From the NCBI GenBank assembly GCA_900322105.1, contig ONYV01000012.1, positions 1,726 through 29,446 of the forward strand: a stretch of 27,721 nt of DNA, given 5' to 3'. Below are positions 15,563 to 24,352 of this stretch, piece after piece; position 1 is the stretch's first letter; the number at the start of each line of letters is the position of its first letter. The notes beneath the pieces are model-generated. The model did not search any database. It was not told where the DNA came from and saw only the letters and a program-made list of their open reading frames with translations. Source of the DNA: an uncultured Eubacteriales bacterium (GTDB lineage: Bacteria > Bacillota > Clostridia > Oscillospirales > Acutalibacteraceae). Both the position numbers and the translations under genes were made by a program.

Positions 15563-16681
15563 TTATCCTCTAATCAAAAATATATTCTTACAGTGCGGAC
15601 GGAAGATTCCGCAAAGCTCCGTCATTGCTTTCTCTGTCTGCTGACGATCACGGTTGTCCGTTATGACGGCAACTGTATCGTAATCCTGAATGTTATACAG
15701 ATAATTCACCCGTTCTGCTTCGTAGAAGCTGTGGATACGGAACCCATTCTGACAGGGGTAATGCTCCGCTGTACTGATACCGATCGGACTTCTTGTGGCA
15801 GCGTGTGTAAACACAGCAGTGTCACGGCACTCATTTTCGATGAACCGTCCGGCAAGGATCGCAGGAGTCATACATTCCTCTGTCCCCAAAAACAGCAGTC
15901 TTCCGTGCAGCAAGTCACGTTCTTTGAACGCATCAAAAACGGCTTTTGAGAATACCGACATACGATCTTTCCATTCTTTGACAGACACCGCTTTTCTCAG
16001 GTCGGGTACAGACGCTGAAAGCATGATCTCCTGATAGTCACTGCTGAAAGACGTACATTTTTTTGCAGAAAACACTTCCATTGCCTTTGCAGCGGCTTCA
16101 AAATCACGGTCTGCCACTGAAACGAGAGAAACAAATTCAATGTTTTCAAGACGCATTCGCTCTCTGATCTCATCTTTCATGCGGTTGATAACAGAGCCGA
16201 TCACAAACCTTGTCTTTTGCAGATGAGGGAAACGAATGCGGAGCTGTGTGACGATATTTTCGATCGTCCTGCCTGTTGAGATCTCATCGTCGATCATCAC
16301 GATCGTTTGAGGATTACTTTCAGCGATCACCGTGCAGTCGATCTGCTGATCCACTGCGTGACTGTGTTCTTCTAAAAAACTGACGATATGAGCGGAAGTC
16401 AGCTTTTCTCTGGTGGTGTGCAGATAGCGCACATTTTCGGGAAACGCAAGAGATGCGACGGCAGCGATGGCGGTGGCTGTTTCTGCAAAGCCGATCACGA
16501 TCTCTGCGTTCTTAGCATTTTTATATAATATTTCTCCAAGGGAATAGGCTAAACGATAGGTCTTATCAGGTGAAACAGGGACGTGCTTTCCCTGCAGCGG
16601 ATCTACTAACAAGTAGCTGCGCTTTGTATTGTTGATTCTTTTGGCAAGCTGTAAAACGTCTTGTTCTGTGTATCTTTCCAT
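15563..16681 (-). CDS. Ter-associated phosphoribosyltransferase with C-terminal TRSP-like domain
   Basis: AKRINNTKRSYLLV, GFAETATAIA, HTTRE, PRPP-binding MIDDEISTGRT; C-terminal LGTEECM and ATRSPI. Confidence 0.85.
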   Translation of the reverse strand: MERYTEQDVLQLAKRINNTKRSYLLVDPLQGKHVPVSPDKTYRLAYSLGEILYKNAKNAEIVIGFAETATAIAAVASLAFPENVRYLHTTREKLTSAHIVSFLEEHSHAVDQQIDCTVIAESNPQTIVMIDDEISTGRTIENIVTQLRIRFPHLQKTRFVIGSVINRMKDEIRERMRLENIEFVSLVSVADRDFEAAAKAMEVFSAKKCTSFSSDYQEIMLSASVPDLRKAVSVKEWKDRMSVFSKAVFDAFKERDLLHGRLLFLGTEECMTPAILAGRFIENECRDTAVFTHAATRSPIGISTAEHYPCQNGFRIHSFYEAERVNYLYNIQDYDTVAVITDNRDRQQTEKAMTELCGIFRPHCKNIFLIRG

Positions 16682-16685
16682 TTCC

Positions 16686-17693
16686 TTACTCCTGCGTAAT
16701 GATCAAAGGTCGTTCCAGATAGGCGATCTTGGTTTCTTTTTTGCTAAGGTGCCAGTCTTTTTCAGCGCCGATCAGCTTTGACACGGCGATATCGAGGATA
16801 TTGATCTGTTCGGCATGACACGCCAGCGGCACTCCGCCCGACATTCTGGTATTCACTTCCAGCAGATACGGCACGTCACACAGATATTTGAACTGGATAT
16901 TAAACGGCCACTGCAGCGGAAACCGATCCATAAAGTCACTGCACATTTTCAGGATATCCTCCTGAAAAGAAATGCGTTCGGTACGGGTACTGCCTTTGAA
17001 ACGAGGGATCATGATCCTGCCCTTTGCTGTTGACAGACAATCTACGCTGACTTCTTCGCCGGGCAGATAGGGCATCACGATCAGCGGCGCAATCTTTTCA
17101 CGTTCGGAAAGGGCACTGACCGCTTCTTCAAACGTGATCTTTCCAAAACGATTTCTGAACAGGGACGCATACCCCTTTGCCCTGTCATCGATCAGCCGAA
17201 AGCTGAGTCCCCCCTCGTCAAATTCAAACTTGAAGCATACTTGTGAATAGTCCTTCTTCAACTGACGGTAAGCCGTCACAAACTCTTCTGCGTTTGTCAC
17301 TTTGAAGTATGGCGGGATATGGATGCTCCGGATATCCTTCAGACACTCATACGTTTTTGTTTTGCAGCTCAAAGGCTCTATCAGATCATAGTCATCCACC
17401 ATCACCGAAACGCCCAGCGCTTCAAAATCTTTTTTGTGGCGGCTGACGGACAAAAACTGCCGTCTGGGGATAAAGATATCCACCCGATGCGTTCTGCAAA
17501 AGTTCAGACAATACTGAATGTACTCTGTTTCACTTAGCACAGGCTCTTGGTACCATTCGTCACATACCGCCCTGTACACTGCGTTTTCTTTATCGTTGCT
17601 GCCGATGATATAATACTCCCGATCGGCTTGTTTCAGCATCTCGATCATCAGATAGACGGTGCTGAACCAGTGATTGAACCAAATCCGTTTCAT
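16686..17693 (-). CDS. ATP-grasp enzyme (Ter-associated type)
   Basis: WFNHWFSTVY N-terminus, MPYLPGEEVSVDCL, FNIQF, LLEVNTRMSGG. Confidence 0.85.
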   Translation of the reverse strand: MKRIWFNHWFSTVYLMIEMLKQADREYYIIGSNDKENAVYRAVCDEWYQEPVLSETEYIQYCLNFCRTHRVDIFIPRRQFLSVSRHKKDFEALGVSVMVDDYDLIEPLSCKTKTYECLKDIRSIHIPPYFKVTNAEEFVTAYRQLKKDYSQVCFKFEFDEGGLSFRLIDDRAKGYASLFRNRFGKITFEEAVSALSEREKIAPLIVMPYLPGEEVSVDCLSTAKGRIMIPRFKGSTRTERISFQEDILKMCSDFMDRFPLQWPFNIQFKYLCDVPYLLEVNTRMSGGVPLACHAEQINILDIAVSKLIGAEKDWHLSKKETKIAYLERPLIITQE

Positions 17694-17700
17694 GCTGATC

Positions 17701-19782
17701 TCACTCTATCTCCACTCCGAAGCTCTCGCACAGGGCTTTGAGTTTTCCGTTATAGCCTGCCCCGACTGCTTTCAGCTTCCATATTTCTTTATTCTTATAC
17801 AGCTCCACACCGACCAGACATTTTTCCTGATTCAGATGTTTTAGTTCGATGTGAAAGAGTTCTTTATTGTCTGCAATGACTTGTATCACAGGATTTTTGA
17901 CCATAGTAAAATTCAGTCTGCTGTCATCTCCATAGGCGGAGAAGCAAACAGACACTTTTTCATACTGACTGCTGACTTTTTTCGGCAGGATAAAGACAGA
18001 AGGCTTATCCATCAGCATTTCCGGTTCTGTATAGACAGCGCCGTCTGCGGAGCGTTCGTTTCCGAAAAAGATCAGATCCTTGTCATTGGTGACTTTTCCG
18101 TCTGATGCCAGCATAAAGGCATAGCCGTCAAGGTCGATATCCCCTGAAACACCGTCACATTCAAGCCGTATCTCCAATGTTTTTCCGACATATTCCTGAA
18201 TATTGATCCTCTGTCCCAAAGACAGCTCCCGTCCCGTTTTGGGAACAGACTTTTGTTTGCTGTCGGTATATTTCGTCACGCTGCTGCCTGACAGCGGCGC
18301 AGGTTTCATCATAGGATCAGTGCCGCTAACGGACAAGGGCATTTCAAAGCTGTTGTCATCGCTAAGGTCGGCAGCTTCGATGCCTGCTAACTGTTCATCC
18401 GTCCATCTGCTGTTTTTAGCAAGGCGGTTCGCTTGTCTTGCCACTGCTTTTTCAAAATAATTCCGCACATCTCTGCCGTTTGCAAAATTCTCATCACGGT
18501 TTTCATACAGCCGCTCAAAATCATTCTTTGCCCTGACCCTTGCTTTTGCGGACAGGTGGTAGCCCTGCCCTTTGCACATTTTTTCAAAGATCTCCAGCAG
18601 TTCATCGGGCTTATAGTCCTGAAAATTGATGTATTTGTTGAATCGTGACTGTAATCCGGGGTTAGAAGAGATAAACTGCGTCATCAAGTCAGGATAACCT
18701 GCCACGATCACGATCAGGTCGCTGCGGTGATCCTCCATACATTTCAGCAGGGTATCCACCGCTTCCTGACCGAAATCCTCACCGTTCTGACTTCTTGTCA
18801 GCGTATAGGCTTCGTCGATAAACAAAATGCCGCCCAGCGCCTTTTTCACTAACTTTTTGACTTTCAGCGCCGTATGTCCGACATATCCGCCGACCAATCC
18901 TGCACGATCCGTTTCGATCAGATGTCCTTTGGAAAGTACGCCTAAGCGGTAATAGATCTTGGATACCAGCCTTGCGACCGTCGTTTTGCCTGTACCCGGA
19001 TTGCCGTAAAACACCATATGCAGTGACATAGGCAAAGACTTCATCCCTCTTTGCTGACGAACCTGCTGCATCTTCACCATGTTGATCATAGTGTTGACAT
19101 CTTTCTTTACTTCTTTGAGTCCTGTCAGATCGTCAAGTGTCTTCAGCAGTTCTTCGAGTGTCTCCGTCACTTCTGTTTCCACCTTGACATCGGGTTCTGT
19201 ATCGTCATCCTGCTCATCAGGCGTATTTGCGCCGCCCCTTGAAGGGGTAAAGCAGCTTTTCAGATCCAGTTCCTGAGTTTCTGTCTTAAAGTTCAGGCTG
19301 CTGATAATATACTGCTGCATCTTTTTCAGAAATCCGTCCGTATAGTCCAGTGTTTCCTGAGAAATGCTGCTGACAGACCGAAACAGCTCATCTGTAATCT
19401 GGAACAAAACAAGATACATCATCTGTGAGATCGGAGTGGAAAATCCTTTGTTTTTTTTTCGCATCTGATTGTCAAGATCAATAAAGTTCGTCAGCAGTTC
19501 CAGACGGTAATGTTTCAGATTGCTTTTCATGGTATATTCATTGGCAAGACGTTTCAGGTTTTCCGGTGTTGCGCCGAAATCAAAGTTTTCCTGTACAAAT
19601 CGTGCGGCTTCCTTTGGGTTCAGATCCGTATGAAGGAGCAGATACCCGATATATCCTTGGATCTCTGTTTTGAGCGCCTGACGATAGGTATTGTACGTGC
19701 TTCTCGGAGTCATGGGAAGTCTGTCCGCCTGATCGCAGATCTCATATAAACTATTGACGTTTTCCTGTACTGTTTTATCCAT
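17701..19782 (-). CDS. CbbX/SpoVK-like AAA+ ATPase fused to a C-terminal TerD-like domain
   Basis: HMVFYGNPGTGKTTVAR Walker A, ILFIDEAY Walker B, SRF, FANGRDVRN; C-terminal LSLGQRINI...LIFFGN...VELYKNKEIWKLKAVGAGY...LCESFGV. Start at ATG 19782 after AGGAG, not 19887. Confidence 0.88.
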   Translation of the reverse strand: MDKTVQENVNSLYEICDQADRLPMTPRSTYNTYRQALKTEIQGYIGYLLLHTDLNPKEAARFVQENFDFGATPENLKRLANEYTMKSNLKHYRLELLTNFIDLDNQMRKKNKGFSTPISQMMYLVLFQITDELFRSVSSISQETLDYTDGFLKKMQQYIISSLNFKTETQELDLKSCFTPSRGGANTPDEQDDDTEPDVKVETEVTETLEELLKTLDDLTGLKEVKKDVNTMINMVKMQQVRQQRGMKSLPMSLHMVFYGNPGTGKTTVARLVSKIYYRLGVLSKGHLIETDRAGLVGGYVGHTALKVKKLVKKALGGILFIDEAYTLTRSQNGEDFGQEAVDTLLKCMEDHRSDLIVIVAGYPDLMTQFISSNPGLQSRFNKYINFQDYKPDELLEIFEKMCKGQGYHLSAKARVRAKNDFERLYENRDENFANGRDVRNYFEKAVARQANRLAKNSRWTDEQLAGIEAADLSDDNSFEMPLSVSGTDPMMKPAPLSGSSVTKYTDSKQKSVPKTGRELSLGQRINIQEYVGKTLEIRLECDGVSGDIDLDGYAFMLASDGKVTNDKDLIFFGNERSADGAVYTEPEMLMDKPSVFILPKKVSSQYEKVSVCFSAYGDDSRLNFTMVKNPVIQVIADNKELFHIELKHLNQEKCLVGVELYKNKEIWKLKAVGAGYNGKLKALCESFGVEIE

Positions 19783-19838
19783 ACGTTCCACTCCTGTCTG
19801 ATCGTCAAGGCAGCTTTTTGCAGTGACGGTTTTTACAC

Positions 19839-19882
19839 AAAAAACAGAGCAGAAATCATATGGTGAATTTCCACTCTGTTTT
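19839..19882 (-). terminator. Operon-internal intrinsic terminator between terD and the AAA-TerD gene
   Basis: Minus strand AAAACAGAGTGGAAAT-10 nt loop-ATTTCTGCTCTGTTTT-TT: 16-bp stem (two G.U pairs) whose 3' arm ends in a U6 run. Confidence 0.7.
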
Positions 19883-19913
19883 ATCATTAGACTTCCTCGG
19901 GAACCGGAGAAGT
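19882..19913 (+). repeat. Palindromic short repeat, copy 1
   Basis: TATCATTAGACTTCCTCGGGAACCGGAGAAGT; 29/32 identical to 24071-24102. Confidence 0.85.
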
Positions 19914-19935
19914 CTATTGTTTTGAAAAGGATCCG

Positions 19936-20526
19936 TTACCGAAAACGGTTTGCGATCTCGTGAACGCTCTGATCCTGTGTTGCCTGACCGATGGCGTTGA
20001 ACTTCCATGCGCCGTTGTGACGGTAAAGCTCACCGAACACCATTGCTGTCATGCCATTGTAGTTCTCGTTCAGATCATATTTGCACAATTCCTGACCGTT
20101 GTCATCACAGATACGGATAAAGGCATTCTGGAGCATTCCGAAATGCTGTCCTCTTGCTTTCGCCTGGAAAATATTAACAACAAACACGATCTTGTCATAA
20201 ACTTTAGGCAAGCGCTGAAGGTCAACTGCGATCTGTTCGTCATCGCCTTCACCCTCACCCGTCAGGTTATCGCCCATATGACGGACAGTGCCGCTTTCGT
20301 GGGTCAGATTTCCGAAATAGATCATATCGGCGCTGGATACGAATTTTCCGTTTTGCAGCAGAAGAGCTGTTGCGTCACAGTCTATCTCCTGAGTATTCTT
20401 TTTCAGGAAAAATCCCTTCGTCTGCTTGATCTCATCCCAGCCAAGACCTACCATAACTTTTGTCAGATCGCCGCCGTTTGATTTACGGAGTTCGACCTTC
20501 TGTCCTTTTTGCAGATTCACTGCCAT
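19936..20526 (-). CDS. terD: TerD-family stress protein
   Basis: MAVNLQKGQKV, VGLGWD, IYFGN, HMGDNLTGEGEGDDE acidic Ca-binding motif, ELYRHNGAWKFNAIG. Subfamily (TerD/TerZ/TerE) not resolved. Confidence 0.88.
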   Translation of the reverse strand: MAVNLQKGQKVELRKSNGGDLTKVMVGLGWDEIKQTKGFFLKKNTQEIDCDATALLLQNGKFVSSADMIYFGNLTHESGTVRHMGDNLTGEGEGDDEQIAVDLQRLPKVYDKIVFVVNIFQAKARGQHFGMLQNAFIRICDDNGQELCKYDLNENYNGMTAMVFGELYRHNGAWKFNAIGQATQDQSVHEIANRFR

Positions 20527-20557
20527 GAAATCACCTCTTTTAGGATGCCGATGACAA

Positions 20558-21136
20558 TCAGACGTTTACGCCAAAGTTCTGGCAGAGCGCATACAAACCG
20601 CCCTGGAAGCCGCTGCCGATGGCATTGAATTTCCATTCGCCGTTCATGCGGTAAAGCTCGCCGACGACCACTGCTGTCTCGATCGAGAAATCTTCGCCGA
20701 GGTCATAGCGGATCAGCTCTGTGCCGTTTGCCTGATCCATAATGTGGATATAAGCGTTGCTTACCTGACCAAAGTTCTGACGGCGTGCTTCTGCATCGTC
20801 GATGGTAACGGTGAATGCAATCCTGCTGATGTTCTGGGGAACGAGAGCCAGATCGATCTTGATCACTTCGTCATCGCCATCGCCTGCACCTGTTCTGTTG
20901 TCGCCTGTATGCTCAACAGCGCCGGAAGCGTGCTTGAGGTTGTTATAGAATACAAAATCTGCATCGCTGAATACTCTGCCGTTATCACCGCAAAGGAAAG
21001 CCGCAGCATCCAGATCGAAATCAGCAGAACCATCGTACTTGTTGGTGTCCCAGCCAAGACCAACGAAGATCTTTGTAAGACCCGGATTGGATTTTGTCAG
21101 ATCTACTTTCTGTCCTTTTGATAAACTTACTGCCAT
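20558..21136 (-). CDS. terD: TerD-family stress protein
   Basis: [66 protein letters not shown]. Subfamily not resolved. Confidence 0.92.
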   Translation of the reverse strand: MAVSLSKGQKVDLTKSNPGLTKIFVGLGWDTNKYDGSADFDLDAAAFLCGDNGRVFSDADFVFYNNLKHASGAVEHTGDNRTGAGDGDDEVIKIDLALVPQNISRIAFTVTIDDAEARRQNFGQVSNAYIHIMDQANGTELIRYDLGEDFSIETAVVVGELYRMNGEWKFNAIGSGFQGGLYALCQNFGVNV

Positions 21137-21174
21137 GATGAATTACCTCCTGAAATTGAATTGATTATTTTCAG

Positions 21175-21192
21175 CAGAACCCTTCGGTTCTG
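21175..21192 (-). other. Stem-loop without U tract between the ATPase and terD
   Basis: CAGAACC / GGTTCTG perfect 7-bp stem, 4-nt loop (GAAG on the mRNA strand), starting 4 nt after the ATPase stop codon. Confidence 0.55.
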
Positions 21193-21196
21193 TGAT

Positions 21197-23824
21197 TTAC
21201 TGTTTGGAAATTGCTTTTGTGATTGCCTTGCGGATCATGTCGATCGGAATGACCATGATAGAGATGCCGATGCAGATCAGCCAGTGGAGCGGCTCAAGAG
21301 CGTGTACGTTCAGGAAATCGCCGCCGAAGGTCACGAAAATAAACTGCATTGCAAAGATGATGAACATGACAATGAGGAACGTCTTGTTTCTGCCAATGTG
21401 TTCAAAGACATTGATGTGTTCTGTGCGGGCGTTGAAGCCGTTCCAGCTGATCGCCATCATAAAGGTCGCAAACAGCGCCGAGCAAAGGTAGACAGGTCTG
21501 CCGTCAGAAGCTAAGATATTGGCAGAATCGCCGAACCAGCCCGACATAAACGGAATAAAGAGGATGCCCAGGCACACAAAGGTGATATAAAGCGCGCTGA
21601 TGAGAATCTGAACGAACATCTTTTTGGTAACGATGCTTTCCTTTCTGGGGACGGGTTTGTCTTTCATATATTCCTTCAAAGCAGGTTCGCTGCCGAAAGC
21701 AATTGCGGCAAGAGTGTCCATCGCAAGGTTAATGAGCAGAAGCTGAACGACTGTCAGCACAACGTTGACGCCCATCAGAGGGCCTAAGAAGCAGATCAGC
21801 ACAGCCGCAACGTTGACGGTCAGCTGGAAGATCAGGAACTTTCTGATGCTCTTGAACATGGTTCTACCGTAAAGGATCGCTTTTTCGATCGAGAGGAAGT
21901 TATCGTCAAGGATCGTGATGTCGCCTGCTTCCTTGGCGACCTCCGTACCGCTGCCCATTGCAAAGCCGACATCGGCTTTTTTCAGCGCAGGCGAGTCATT
22001 CACGCCGTCACCTGTCATGCCGACTACATATTCCATTTCCTGCGCCACACGCACCAGACGGCTCTTGTCCGTCGGCAGCGCACGGGAAACGACTCTCAGG
22101 TGCGGCATGATCTCTTTGAGCTGATCGTCTGTCTTTTCGGCAAGTTCTGCGGAAGTGAGGGCTACGTCCTGATGAGATTGTAACAGTCCGGCTTCCTTTG
22201 CGATCGCCACAGCGGTCTCTTTTCTGTCGCCTGTGACCATCACGACCTGAATGCCTGCATTCTGCACTTCTCTGATCGCATCCACGGCTTCCTTACGCAC
22301 GTTATCACGGATGCTGAGCACGCACACAAGGGTCAGATCACCTTCTGCGTGATCTCCGAGTGCCTTTGCAACGGCTAACAGTCTCATGGAACGTCCTGCC
22401 TGCGTATCCATATAGGATGTCAGGTAATTTCTCTCTGTCAAAGGCTTGGTCGTGCCGTTTTCGTCAATATAGTGAGTACATCTTTCGATGATCTTTTCGG
22501 GCGCACCCTTGATGTATGTCATACTGCTGCCGTCCTTGATGACGGTGACGCTCGAATACTTCTTTGCGGAATCGAATGCATCAAAGGACTTGACTTCTTC
22601 CTTTGACATTTTGTTGACTGCATCGGATTCCATCAGAAACGCCATCAGTGCGCGGTCTGTGCTGTTGCCGCCGATAATCGCGCCCTCGCTGGCAACAGCG
22701 CCGTTGTTGATGCCGATCCCTGTGATGACATCGAACATCAGGCTCTTATTCATTTCAGAGAGTTTCTGATACACCTTTACATTGCCTGTGGCAAGCTCTA
22801 CAACAGACAGCTTGCCTTCGGTGATCGTACCTGTCTTGTCGCTGAACAGCAAACTCAGACTGCCGGCTGTTTCCAAGCCGTTTATCTTGCGGACAAGAAC
22901 GTTGTCCTTTGCCATTCTCAGACTCTGGAAGGACAGCAGGATCGAAGTCAGCATCGGCAGACCTTCAGGTACTGCGCAGACGATGACGGTGACGGCTACG
23001 GTGATCGCATCCAGGATCAAACGGAGCCATCCGAAGAAATCTGTCGGGATATTGCCCGTGAGCAGTGCTTTGAGCAGAACGGCAATGATGATCGCCGCTG
23101 CGCCGATATAGCCAAATACGGAGATCTGCTTAGCGAGCTTTCCGAGCTTGACCTGAAGCGGCGTTTCTCTGGTGTCCTCCTGAACTTCCAGCGCAAGCTG
23201 ACCGAACAGGGTGGTATCACCTACGTTGTCGATGCGGATATAGCCTTCGCCGCCGCATACGACTGTGCCTCTGTATGCGTAGAATTTGTTCAGCAGGTCT
23301 TTTTTGTCAAATGATTCGTTGTTTTCGTTCGGGTGCTTTTTAGCTTCTTCTGTTTCACCGTTCAGGGCGGACTGATCGACCTTGATCTCGCCCTCAACGA
23401 CCACGCCGTCCGCAGGGAACTTGTCGCCTGCCTGAACGAACACGATATCACCGACAACGACTTCGCTGACGTGGATCTCCTTCAAAGCGCCGTTTCTCAG
23501 CACCTTGGCGGTCTCCTTTGCTTCCTCTTCCTGTTTCAGAGCGGAAGCCTTGTTTTCCTGACGGTATTCACTGATGGAAGATACACCGTTTGCGATAAGG
23601 ATCGCGATCAATACACCGACAGGCTCAAACCATTCCGCCTGTCCGATACAAACCAGAACGACCTGCACAACCAGTGCAACCAGAAGGATCATGATCATCG
23701 GATCCTTGAAGCCCTCCAATATTTTTTTCCATAGCGGATCAGGAGGAATCTGCGTCAGTTCATTAGAACCATGTTCCTCTCGGCTTTTGAGTACCTGCTC
23801 ATCTGTCAATCCTTGCAGTTTCAT
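21197..23824 (-). CDS. P-type ATPase, PMCA-like (P2B) probable Ca2+ pump
   Basis: DKTGT phosphorylation site, VCAVPEGLP (TM4), MVTGD, MTGDGVNDSPAL, FLIFQLTVN (TM5), INLAMDTLAA (TM6). AAGGAG RBS. Confidence 0.9.
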   Translation of the reverse strand: MKLQGLTDEQVLKSREEHGSNELTQIPPDPLWKKILEGFKDPMIMILLVALVVQVVLVCIGQAEWFEPVGVLIAILIANGVSSISEYRQENKASALKQEEEAKETAKVLRNGALKEIHVSEVVVGDIVFVQAGDKFPADGVVVEGEIKVDQSALNGETEEAKKHPNENNESFDKKDLLNKFYAYRGTVVCGGEGYIRIDNVGDTTLFGQLALEVQEDTRETPLQVKLGKLAKQISVFGYIGAAAIIIAVLLKALLTGNIPTDFFGWLRLILDAITVAVTVIVCAVPEGLPMLTSILLSFQSLRMAKDNVLVRKINGLETAGSLSLLFSDKTGTITEGKLSVVELATGNVKVYQKLSEMNKSLMFDVITGIGINNGAVASEGAIIGGNSTDRALMAFLMESDAVNKMSKEEVKSFDAFDSAKKYSSVTVIKDGSSMTYIKGAPEKIIERCTHYIDENGTTKPLTERNYLTSYMDTQAGRSMRLLAVAKALGDHAEGDLTLVCVLSIRDNVRKEAVDAIREVQNAGIQVVMVTGDRKETAVAIAKEAGLLQSHQDVALTSAELAEKTDDQLKEIMPHLRVVSRALPTDKSRLVRVAQEMEYVVGMTGDGVNDSPALKKADVGFAMGSGTEVAKEAGDITILDDNFLSIEKAILYGRTMFKSIRKFLIFQLTVNVAAVLICFLGPLMGVNVVLTVVQLLLINLAMDTLAAIAFGSEPALKEYMKDKPVPRKESIVTKKMFVQILISALYITFVCLGILFIPFMSGWFGDSANILASDGRPVYLCSALFATFMMAISWNGFNARTEHINVFEHIGRNKTFLIVMFIIFAMQFIFVTFGGDFLNVHALEPLHWLICIGISIMVIPIDMIRKAITKAISKQ

Positions 23825-23897
23825 AATTTTCTCCTTTTTAGCCCGAAGCGTTAGTGTTCCACTCCTTCAAGCTCAAGTATTGTATCTGATATTTCAA

Positions 23898-23926
23898 ATT
23901 ATACAATAGTTTTCCAATTACGTCAA
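23898..23926 (-). promoter_or_regulatory. sigmaA-type promoter of the Ter operon
   Basis: Minus strand TTGACG (23926-23921), 17-nt spacer, TATAAT (23903-23898). Confidence 0.8.
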
Positions 23927-24070
23927 GCAATTGTCGTCAAACACCGACAAAAACATAATAAAAATCACATAAAAGATATGGATCTCTCCAAAAAATAGGA
24001 TCTCTCTGCCTGATTTATGAGATCGGATAGAATTTCTGTCACATTTGATTTTTTTGACGCATCCTGACAA

Positions 24071-24102
24071 TATCAACAGACTTCTTCGGGAACCGGAGAA
24101 GT
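24071..24102 (+). repeat. Palindromic short repeat, copy 2
   Basis: TATCAACAGACTTCTTCGGGAACCGGAGAAGT; core ACTTCT-TCGG-GAA-CCGG-AGAAGT is self-complementary with one G.U pair. Confidence 0.85.
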
Positions 24103-24185
24103 GCCGTATTACGCAGGATATTTTGTGCCGGAAAAAGCGTCTCGAGTGCAGCACTGCTTGGTGTCATGCAAGGGAGAGACACAAA

Positions 24186-24224
24186 GTAAGACGGTGCTTC
24201 GGAAGTTTCCAAGGAAGTCTAATG
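24186..24224 (-). repeat. Degenerate inverted copy 3 of the short repeat
   Basis: Reverse complement of 24205-24224 (CATTAGACTTCCTTGGAAAC) matches 19885-19904 at 18/20. Reverse complement of 24186-24220 matches 24078-24112 at 25/35. Confidence 0.65.
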
Positions 24225-24252
24225 AATTCTGTACAACAAAGCAATAAAGATA

Positions 24253-24281
24253 TTGACAGATATCGTCGAAAACAGTATAAT
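24253..24281 (+). promoter_or_regulatory. Consensus sigmaA promoter of the acyltransferase/GT8 operon
   Basis: TTGACA (24253-24258), 17-nt spacer, TATAAT (24276-24281). Confidence 0.85.
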
Positions 24282-24352
24282 TTATGATAGAATTTTTGTG
24301 TTTACCAATCAGTGCATGAAATTTGAACGATTCTCTTTCAGACGGAGGAACA

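Noticed and set aside
23825-23897. Possible yybP-ykoY Mn2+ riboswitch ahead of the P-type ATPase
   Set aside because: The predicted leader is only about 65 nt and lacks the motif.
23980-24006. Direct repeat GGATCTCTC x2 upstream of the Ter promoter
   Set aside because: 9-bp match with 18-bp period and no other support; could be a regulator site but cannot be argued from sequence alone.
19882-24102. Repeat copies as CRISPR direct repeats
   Set aside because: The two direct copies are 4.2 kb apart, with no spacer-length array and no cas genes.
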